IMG/VR virus record: IMGVR_UViG_3300012971_000021
DNA: 64,000 nucleotides
Source of the DNA: a virus
Direction: 5' to 3' (one strand)
The notes below the pieces were generated by a model that had not been told where the DNA came from, made no database searches, and saw nothing but the letters and a program-made list of their open reading frames with translations. The position numbers and the translations under genes are program-made. Shown here piece by piece: positions 27,426 through 34,203 of this stretch (position 1 is the first letter of the stretch; each line of letters opens with the position of its first letter).

Positions 27426-27587
27426 CTACCGGCGCGTTGCGCTCGCAGCAAGAACCGACGTTGCGAGGAAGATCATGGCGAGTACGAGGGAGACGATCAT
27501 GGCGAACTGGTCGCCATTCATGGTCGCCGCCATAATCGCCATCACCATCGCGAAGATGGCGAACGCGATAGAGACGAACGTAGTCAT
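27426..27587 (-). CDS. 53-aa two-helix membrane protein
   Basis: MTTFVSIAFAIFAMVMAIMAA...IVSLVLAMIFLATSVLAA. Confidence 0.7.
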   Translation of the reverse strand: MTTFVSIAFAIFAMVMAIMAATMNGDQFAMIVSLVLAMIFLATSVLAASATRR

Positions 27588-27826
27588 AGCAGTGTTGTTC
27601 CTTTCGGGTTTTGGATCACGATGACGTCCCTCAGCTTGATGATGAGGGATGGAACATCGAGGCCATAGGCTTCTAGTTGGCCTCCAAGCTCCTCCCGCTC
27701 GACAGCGAGCGACATCACGGACAAGTCGTCCAGATCGCCGTTGATGATGAGCGAGGTGAGCATGCCGATCTTGTAGGCGATCTCCACGATGGTCGGAAGA
27801 TCGCTCTTCATGATCTTTTTTGGCAT
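27584..27826 (-). CDS. Hypothetical protein
   Basis: GGAGGGTACC start. Confidence 0.75.
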   Translation of the reverse strand: MPKKIMKSDLPTIVEIAYKIGMLTSLIINGDLDDLSVMSLAVEREELGGQLEAYGLDVPSLIIKLRDVIVIQNPKGTTLL

Positions 27827-27920
27827 TCGGTACCCTCCATTGGCTTTCCGTACTTGCTGGACGCAAATACGGGGCCGCAAGGGGGCGGGCCATGCGGTTG
27901 GCTCGCTCCCTTGCGACTCC

Positions 27921-28355
27921 CTACTTGCCCAGCCGAACGTCCTTGAGGTAGATTTCCCAATCGACCCCGTTCTCGTACAACTGGTTGCCGCGGAAGTCGC
28001 GCTCGTTGTCGAACGCCTCGCGGAAGACGCCAGGAGTGTTCATGACCTTCTGAACATCCGGGTGCATCATCGCGTCGAGGCATCCCAAGCGGTACGCCGC
28101 GATTGCTGCGGTGATGCGCCGCTCCGCAATCGTCAAGATTCCGGAGCGGGCATCCGCCAAGGCGTCGAGGATGGGTTCCGCTGCCTTCCAAGCAGCGTTG
28201 ATCTCGTCGGGCGTTCCCGCCGCTTGGCACTGGTCATGGATCACCTCTTGAGCTTTCGCGATCCTGTCCAAGTCGGACATGATGCTCGGCTCAAGCGATC
28301 CGATGACCAAGATCCGGCTCTCATCTTCGAGAGCGCGTCTCTCATTCTCGTTCAT
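27921..28355 (-). CDS. Helical hypothetical protein
   Basis: GGAGGGTACC start. Confidence 0.8.
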   Translation of the reverse strand: MNENERRALEDESRILVIGSLEPSIMSDLDRIAKAQEVIHDQCQAAGTPDEINAAWKAAEPILDALADARSGILTIAERRITAAIAAYRLGCLDAMMHPDVQKVMNTPGVFREAFDNERDFRGNQLYENGVDWEIYLKDVRLGK

Positions 28356-28436
28356 GGTTGGTACCCTCCTTGGGGTTTGGTAACGTACCCGCTCTTGCGA
28401 ATACGGGAGATCGGCGGCTCATGTCCGCCGCATCCC

Positions 28437-28775
28437 CTATTCGTTGGAGTAGGTCGCGGAGAGATGCTCTAGACATCGGCCCTTCATGATCGCCGGGGAA
28501 TGGCAGTTGCGGCCCCCGACGACCACCATGAGCGAGTAGTAATCGGGCTTGCCGCCGACCATCACCGGAACGCCTTTTTTGGTTCGTAGCTTCTTGATCG
28601 CTACTTGGCGTCCGTCGATCCGGTATTCGCAACACTTGGTCGGGAACGTCTCGGCTCGCTTGTTCTTCTTCCCGAGACCCTTGGACTCGACCAATCGGAG
28701 GCTGTTGCCGTCTCGCAGTTGCTGCTTGCGAAACGCCTTCGCCTTGGCTCGCGCTCGTTGCGTCGCCTGGTCCAT
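28437..28775 (-). CDS. Basic hypothetical protein, first gene of the left arm
   Basis: GGAGGTACC start. Confidence 0.75.
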   Translation of the reverse strand: MDQATQRARAKAKAFRKQQLRDGNSLRLVESKGLGKKNKRAETFPTKCCEYRIDGRQVAIKKLRTKKGVPVMVGGKPDYYSLMVVVGGRNCHSPAIMKGRCLEHLSATYSNE

Positions 28776-28828
28776 TTCGGTACCTCCTTTGATTGGATTG
28801 GCGGGGCGCTCCTACTTGGTTCTTGGAA

Positions 28829-28945
28829 CGCTCCATCGAGGGGAGTCGCCCAACGGGACATGGCTCGACCCCGTTGCCGGATGGCGCCTCCCCTCGATGG
28901 AGCGCCGGGCTTGGGCTTTGGCGTCCTTCGCCTTTGCCCTTGCCC
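28829..28945. repeat. 17-bp perfect inverted repeat with nested stem, then second hairpin with symmetric TT/TT loops
   Basis: CGCTCCATCGAGGGGAG 28829-28845 / CTCCCCTCGATGGAGCG 28888-28904; inner CAACGGG/CCCGTTG. Confidence 0.85.
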
Positions 28946-28952
28946 GACGCCC

Positions 28953-28985
28953 CCGCCGTAAGGAGGGGGTACCAAATATATGAGA
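28953..28985 (+). repeat. 33-bp repeat, inverted partner of 15016-15048
   Basis: 30/33 identical. Confidence 0.85.
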
Positions 28986-29772
28986 GATAAGGCCCTTTTG
29001 AATCTTGTCCGAGAAAGGAGATTGCCGGATGGTATCCTCGGCGCTCCGTTCTCTATTCGGGCTAGGCCATAGGGGAGGCGACAACCGATTCCCTACAACC
29101 GTCCCTCTTGTCAAGGTACGCTCATTCGACCCGTCGTAAAGCCGTAGCAAGTCCATACCGTTCCCCCGGGAGGCCCGGTCATCAGATGACCGTTAGCCCA
29201 TGCGACCGCTCGCTAGACCGGCGCTCGGGCAACTCTAACCGCGCAAGACGCGACGAGCAACTATCCGGTTACCATGGGGGACTCTTGTCTATATCGGTTC
29301 AGGCCCGTAGGGGAATCGCCCAACTGCCGCCGTTCCCCGGGAGCGGTCTCCCGACCAACTCCCATAAGCTACCCGGCGCGACCCCTCAAGATCGCGCCGT
29401 TTTTGCCGCCGTACCCTTATCATCCCCGGGTTTGCTCGCCCGTATCCATTGAGGCCCGGGGTCTCGCGACCCCGGCCCCGCTTTCTCATCAAATGGCGTC
29501 TAGCGATTGCCACTTGACTCGGACTCGGACTCGACTCGACCCCGCGCGGGGACGAGTTCATGTCCCCCGCGGGGCCGATCATCGAATGAATTTTCAAGGT
29601 ACTGCCCAACGGGAACCCGGTACGCGGTTAGGATCAACCGCCATCCTGCAACTCCCGCTCTCCCCCTCGGGGGAGACCGACCCCCGCGGAGCGGGGGTCG
29701 CCCTCGATCCTACCTGATCCAAGAGATGGTCGCTAGTGTTTCTTAGGAGTTTCTAAGGTACGTTGTCTGTCG

Positions 29773-29781
29773 TGGTATGCT
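29773..29781 (+). promoter_or_regulatory. Possible extended -10 promoter TGgTATGCT
   Basis: TGnTAnnnT at entry to the lower-GC repeat region. Confidence 0.3.
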
Positions 29782-29894
29782 GATGGTTTCGGTGTATATG
29801 CATGGTTTTCAATGTGATGATCAGGCGCCAACGTTTGGGTTGGGTGCCTCCGAACCCGGCGCTCTTGAGATGGGGTTTCTGGGTTGCTCGCGTA

Positions 29895-30320
29895 AGATGC
29901 ATTGAGTTGTTGTTGACTGAATGCCGATTTGGAACGGCTTACGCAGTTGTATTGAGCTGGCGGTACACCAGAAACAATGTGTTGAGTTGGGTAAATGGGG
30001 TGAAACGTGTGTTGAGTTGTGCCGGCGACCAGCCACCGGCCCGCGCGGAGCGCCGAAGCCGCCTACCAACTCAATACAACGAACAAGTGTGCTTATGCCG
30101 TTGTCTTGAGTTGGCGCCATGGATGCTCTCGCTGGCGTGCTTACGCAGTTGAATTGAATTGCCTGCAGAGCAGGCTTAGCACTTTGAGTTGAATTGCCTG
30201 CGACACAGGCTTACGCAGTTGAATTGATTTGCCGAGCACAACGTGCTTACGGCTGTTGAGTTGGTGTTGTGTTGAGTTGGCCGGAACCCCAGATCCCCCA
30301 AATGGGGGACAACTCAAACC
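29895..30320. repeat. Iteron-like array: 9 x TTGAGTTG (7 forward, 2 reverse) and 3 x CTTACGCAGTTG
   Basis: Octamer at 29902, 29982, 30012, 30067(rc), 30106, 30184, 30256, 30272, 30310(rc); 12-mer at 29938, 30140, 30210. Confidence 0.85.
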
Positions 30321-30455
30321 CCCCAAATGGGTGAGTAGAAAACCCCCCGAACGGGGGAGGCGACTCGCCGCGGCGAGGAGTACGCTACGGACGTAGCGCC
30401 GAACGGATCGGCGCTCGGAACCCCGGCGAGACCCGCCGGAGAAAGTAGGTAACCC

Positions 30456-30950
30456 ATGGCTCGGAATACTCCCCTCCCCGCGACGATCCGCGCGGCGGCG
30501 CTCGCCGCCTACGTCGTCGCCTACGACGCGGACGCCGCCGCGGACGCCCCGAAGGGGTACGTCGTCGCGGGCGACGTCGCCGCCGCGGTCGCGAAGCGGT
30601 ACGGTCTCTCCCGCGACTACGTCCGCGGTCTCTCGGACGCCGTCGTCTACCGCGAGAACGGGACGCGGAACCCGCTCGCGGACGTCGCGCCCGACGCCCC
30701 GCGGAGCGTCGTCGCGAAGTCGCTCGGCGCTCGCCGCCGCGCGGGAGGGACGCTCGCGCGTCTCGATACGCTCCGCGCGACGCTCGCCGCGACGCTCGGA
30801 GTCCCGGTCTCGAAAGCCGAGACGGAGGGCTATCTCCGCTCGGCGCGGATCGTCCGCGAGCGGGACTACTCCGGTCGCGGGACGCGCGCCCGCGCGACGA
30901 AGACGCGCGACGACGCGGCGAGCGCCGCGGAGTCGCGCCGCGGGAAGTAG
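30456..30950 (+). CDS. 164-aa Ala/Arg-rich orphan protein in a CA/TG-free tract
   Basis: Clean ORF followed by a strong hairpin; lacks C, F, H, Q, W and internal M. Confidence 0.75.
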   Translation: MARNTPLPATIRAAALAAYVVAYDADAAADAPKGYVVAGDVAAAVAKRYGLSRDYVRGLSDAVVYRENGTRNPLADVAPDAPRSVVAKSLGARRRAGGTLARLDTLRATLAATLGVPVSKAETEGYLRSARIVRERDYSGRGTRARATKTRDDAASAAESRRGK

Positions 30951-30957
30951 CTCGCGC

Positions 30958-30987
30958 GAGTCCCGGAGGGTTTACCCTCCGGGACTC
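30958..30987 (+). terminator. 13-bp perfect hairpin (terminator-like, no U tract)
   Basis: GAGTCCCGGAGGG-TTTA-CCCTCCGGGACTC. Confidence 0.6.
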
Positions 30988-31189
30988 CCCGCTCGCGGGG
31001 GCAGGCGTCATCACGCAAAATAGAAACACCCTATACGACCAATCCCCCGCCACCTCCCCCGCCACCACGGCTGCGCCCTCCTCACCAATCCCCTCCTCAC
31101 CAATCACACCCCCTCGCGTACGCGCACGTGCATATCGCGCGATTATCCCGTCCCGCCCGGGAGCCAAACCTCTCTACGACTTTCATGCT

Positions 31190-31325
31190 CTCCTCGTAAG
31201 CGCATACGCTAATCGCGATATATCGCGCGAGCGCGTCACGTACGTCACACGCGCGTACGAGGGGACATGATTCCGGCCGTAGACAGCTGCCTCCCGGGGG
31301 CGCGACGCGACGCGCGGTTTCGCGC
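31190..31325 (+). promoter_or_regulatory. Second copy of the 14.9-kb element with central palindrome CGCGATATATCGCG and downstream TATAAT
   Basis: TCCTCGTAAGCGCATA...ACGCGCGTACGAGGGGACATG...CCGGGGGCGCGACGCG. Confidence 0.55.
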
Positions 31326-31389
31326 TATAATCGCGCCCGACCCGGTACGCCGGTGTTTAGCATCAACCAAACTCCAACGAAAGGGAGAC

Positions 31390-31746
31390 ATGGCGACGAA
31401 GAAAGCACTCACTCCTGCGGAATCCGAAGCCGCAATGAACTACCTCGCAGGTGTGTTCGACAGCAGCATGGGGTTCCGCAGCGTGACCACCACCGGTGCG
31501 ATCTGCATCTCGCACACGCGTGACTGGCCGGACTACCTCGTGGCCACCTACAAGGTGGGTGAGACGCGCGAGTTCACGTCCAAGCGCGGGAACACCATCT
31601 GGGGCTGGTTCATCGACAGCCTGGAAGATAAGATCACGCTGCTCGACTGGATCATCGAGGGGAACTACTACCACATCGCCCCGGAGGAGACCATTCGGGA
31701 GATCCGCGCCAAGTTCCAGAAGACCATCGACAGGAAGGCCAAGTGA
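31390..31746 (+). CDS. Degenerate single-motif LAGLIDADG-like protein A
   Basis: NYLAGVFDSSM (catalytic D replaced); later WFIDSLEDKITLLDWI segment; start ATG 31390. Confidence 0.6.
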   Translation: MATKKALTPAESEAAMNYLAGVFDSSMGFRSVTTTGAICISHTRDWPDYLVATYKVGETREFTSKRGNTIWGWFIDSLEDKITLLDWIIEGNYYHIAPEETIREIRAKFQKTIDRKAK

Positions 31747-32111
31747 GCAAGCCGACCACCCCGACCACCCCGCCTTACGGCACCAAATACTCACGCACCG
31801 ATCTCGCGTACCTGGCGGCCATCGCAGACATGACTAACTGCCTGCATGTCAACCACCCGGAGCGGCACGTGCTCGCGAACACGAGCGAGCTTATGGTCAG
31901 GAACCTTGCCGCTACGTTCGGGGGTGAGTACCAAGAGGGCGAGCGCAACAACCACTACTGGGACATGGATCTGCCGACCCGGGAGTATTTGCTACGCCTC
32001 GTTCTCAAGTACAAGCTCCACCGCAGGGGTGATGAATACTACCTCCGCATGACAGACACGCTAGTGGACACCATTCTATTCCGGAAGGAAACGCCGTACC
32101 CGTTCGACTAG
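31743..32111 (+). CDS. Degenerate single-motif LAGLIDADG-like protein B
   Basis: TDLAYLAAIADMTNCL, LANTSELMVRNLAATFGG, YLLRLVLKY. Confidence 0.65.
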   Translation: MSKPTTPTTPPYGTKYSRTDLAYLAAIADMTNCLHVNHPERHVLANTSELMVRNLAATFGGEYQEGERNNHYWDMDLPTREYLLRLVLKYKLHRRGDEYYLRMTDTLVDTILFRKETPYPFD

Positions 32112-32150
32112 CGGGCAAGAGTTGGCTCAGGTAGGGTTAGAATCGCGGAG

Positions 32151-32179
32151 CGCGCCCCGGGGAAAGCTCCCGGGGCGTG
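32151..32179 (+). terminator. 11-bp GC hairpin (terminator or processing site)
   Basis: CGCGCCCCGGG-GAAAGCT-CCCGGGGCGTG. Confidence 0.5.
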
Positions 32180-32223
32180 CCTGGTTTCTACCGGACATTG
32201 AAAAAGGAGGGAGATACACAAAC

Positions 32224-32478
32224 ATGGACGTAGTCCTGTATCCACGCAAGGACAGCGACCAAACCGCAGACGAGGAGAACGCGCACGTGGTGACCAACAT
32301 CGTCCGGCTCGAAGTGGACATGCTGGACGACGAGAACCGGCGCTGGAGGGTCATGATCCTCGACGCGGACGACACGTTTGACGTAGTTCTGGAGGATCCT
32401 GACGACACCGAGGGTGGTGAGGTGCTTCCGGGGGAAATCCTCTGGAGCCTGGTGAGGGAGCGAAGGGGCGCTGAGTGA
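32224..32478 (+). CDS. Acidic hypothetical protein
   Basis: AAAGGAGGGAG RBS, ATG 32224. Confidence 0.75.
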   Translation: MDVVLYPRKDSDQTADEENAHVVTNIVRLEVDMLDDENRRWRVMILDADDTFDVVLEDPDDTEGGEVLPGEILWSLVRERRGAE

Positions 32479-32560
32479 CATTCATCTGAATGGAGCGCAG
32501 TTGGTGATTCTACTGTTCCTGCTGACGCTGGTCGCGTTGGCTCTTAGCAGCAGAAAGTAG
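32471..32560 (+). CDS. Possible 29-aa membrane peptide
   Basis: ..GAQLVILLFLLTLVALALSSRK; only a CTG start candidate. Confidence 0.3.
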   Translation: MSDIHLNGAQLVILLFLLTLVALALSSRK

Positions 32561-32573
32561 GTGAACACTCACA

Positions 32574-33176
32574 TTGAGCACAATGCGAGGGGTCTTCTGT
32601 ATAGACCCCGGTGAATCGACCGGGGTTGCGTGGGGCGTGATCGACGCAGGCCCCATGTCAAGGCACTCGGCGGTTGAGGCTGTGCGTGACCGCATCAAGC
32701 ACGGCACCGCGACGGTCACGGGTACTGAGGTTGACCAGATCCACGCGCTCTACAAGCTTTGGACGGACTTCAAGTTCGACTGCGTGGCCCGGGGCATGAT
32801 GGATCCTGATACGGTCGAACTGGTGATCGAAGACTATGTGTTGTTCCCGGGCGAGAAGCCAGGGCGCAGCACGACGGCCCCCGAGCGGATCGCATGGGGC
32901 TTTGAAGGGTACCGGCTGGGCAAGTACGAGAGCTACCGACGCACCAAGCACTACACCCCCGTTTTCTGGCAGAAGTCGGGTGCTGCCTCCCGCTTCAAGA
33001 AGGACAGGGCACTCATGACGAGCGCGAACGCTTGGATCCCGGGTCGCGATCACGAGCGCAGCGCGCTGGCCCACATGATCCTGCGGGCCAACATCATCAT
33101 GGATAACCGCCCGCCTCCCGCTCGCGGCAAGCGCCCGCCCGCGCGGCAGCGGCAAGCTCGGCAGGCGTTTAGATAG
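32574..33176 (+). CDS. RuvC-like (RNase H-fold) Holliday junction resolvase
   Basis: FCIDPGESTGVAW, LVIEDY, HERSALAH. Confidence 0.7.
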   Translation: MSTMRGVFCIDPGESTGVAWGVIDAGPMSRHSAVEAVRDRIKHGTATVTGTEVDQIHALYKLWTDFKFDCVARGMMDPDTVELVIEDYVLFPGEKPGRSTTAPERIAWGFEGYRLGKYESYRRTKHYTPVFWQKSGAASRFKKDRALMTSANAWIPGRDHERSALAHMILRANIIMDNRPPPARGKRPPARQRQARQAFR

Positions 33177-33504
33177 CGCACGCGCGATACCGACGCGCGT
33201 ACGCGCGGATGCTGTCTAGCAACATCCACGAACCGCGCCCCGCTACATGCCCCTTTACGCGAGGCCGCGAATGCGATAAGCTCTCGCCCGTGCCCGGCAA
33301 CCCGCCCACTACCCCCACTGGCCCTCCATGGGGCTACCCGGTGTATGTGGAGGATGCATCTACTCGGGAGCCGGAATGGGAGCCAATTGAGGAGGGCTTC
33401 AGCTACCAGGGCGAGGGTCGCAACTTCTTCTGGGATCCGATCCACGGGCATGTCATGGTGACCGGCCCCAAGATCGCGTACAAGCCTCCGATCCGGCCCA
33501 AGTA

Positions 33505-34203
33505 GTGGCGCGCACCCGCACCAAGCAGCCCCTCCTGGACAAGCGGGCAGAGACCCAACTCAAGGGACTCTGCGGCGTCAAGTCGAAGCGCACCGGCTAC
33601 CCCTGCCGGCGTCGAGCCGGTGCCGGGACAGACCACCTGGGCACCGGCAAGTGCAGTTCTCACGGTGGAAACGCGCCCCCGCACCGCAAGCACGCGATCC
33701 GGCAGGAAGCGATCCAGTTCATGGGAGCGCCGCTCGATATCAACCCGCTGGAGGCCATCATCTGGTGCATCCGGATCACGGCAGGCGAGGTCGAGTGGCT
33801 CTCCAGAAAGATCGCGGAAGTGGACGAGGAAGACTGGATCGAGAATACCATCGCCGGCAAGCAACTCAACGTCTTCCAGCGGAGCCGCGCCGACGCCCAG
33901 GACAGGCTGGTTCGCTATTCAAAGGAGGCCATTGCTCTCGGCCTCGCAGAGCGCGCCGTCCGGATGGCCGAGAACTTCGGCCTGGCTCTGGCGCGCCTGC
34001 TGGAAGGAATCGAGGGCGACATGAGCTTCACCGGGAAGCAGAAGCGGATCTGGGGCCAGGCCGTCCGCAAGCACCTCATTCTGCTGCAGGGCGGGCGAAT
34101 GGATCAGGCAGCGATCCGGCCCGAGATCCCGGAGATTGTCGAGGGCAAGTTGGTGCGCGAGACCGACACGCTGGGCGACACTTCCGCGGTGGCCGGTGGC
34201 TAG
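33505..34203 (+). CDS. terS: Terminase small subunit (HGGxSTG-like Zn motif)
   Basis: CGVKSKRTGYPC...CSSHGG; directly upstream of TerL. Confidence 0.8.
   Translation: MARTRTKQPLLDKRAETQLKGLCGVKSKRTGYPCRRRAGAGTDHLGTGKCSSHGGNAPPHRKHAIRQEAIQFMGAPLDINPLEAIIWCIRITAGEVEWLSRKIAEVDEEDWIENTIAGKQLNVFQRSRADAQDRLVRYSKEAIALGLAERAVRMAENFGLALARLLEGIEGDMSFTGKQKRIWGQAVRKHLILLQGGRMDQAAIRPEIPEIVEGKLVRETDTLGDTSAVAGG

Larger units (their letters stand above)
18093..28439 (-). promoter_or_regulatory. Twelve intergenic tandem-hairpin modules (18093-18155, 20060-20109, 20939-20998, 22240-22285, 23329-23409, 24208-24267, 24853-24914, 25809-25875, 26475-26540, 27367-27428, 27849-27923, 28383-28439)
   Basis: Each starts at or just after the upstream stop and ends before a GGAGGGTACC-type RBS; stems differ in sequence yet stay paired. 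Confidence 0.8.
15028..28787 (-). promoter_or_regulatory. Start-associated sequence GGAGGGTACC (10 exact + 5 variant copies)
   Basis: Exact at 20922, 22205, 23308, 24191, 24839, 25789, 26454, 27350, 27829, 28360; variants at 15028, 17297, 18076, 20047, 28779; each just before a start codon. Confidence 0.9.

Noticed and set aside
29000-29750. Protein-coding genes in the left control region
   Set aside because: Only short ORFs with poor RBS and atypical codons; TTGACA at 29109-29114 (-) has no properly spaced -10.
29895-30320. CRISPR array
   Set aside because: Repeats are 8-12 bp, irregularly spaced and in mixed orientation, with no constant repeat-spacer period.
30385-31167. 260-aa Arg-rich minus-strand ORF
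   Set aside because: It stays open only because the CA/TG-free, low-TT tract cannot form most stops on that strand; the composition is not protein-like.
33209-33505. 98-aa ORF before terS
   Set aside because: The 5' half is palindrome-rich non-coding-like DNA; a shorter GTG-started peptide is possible but unsupported.
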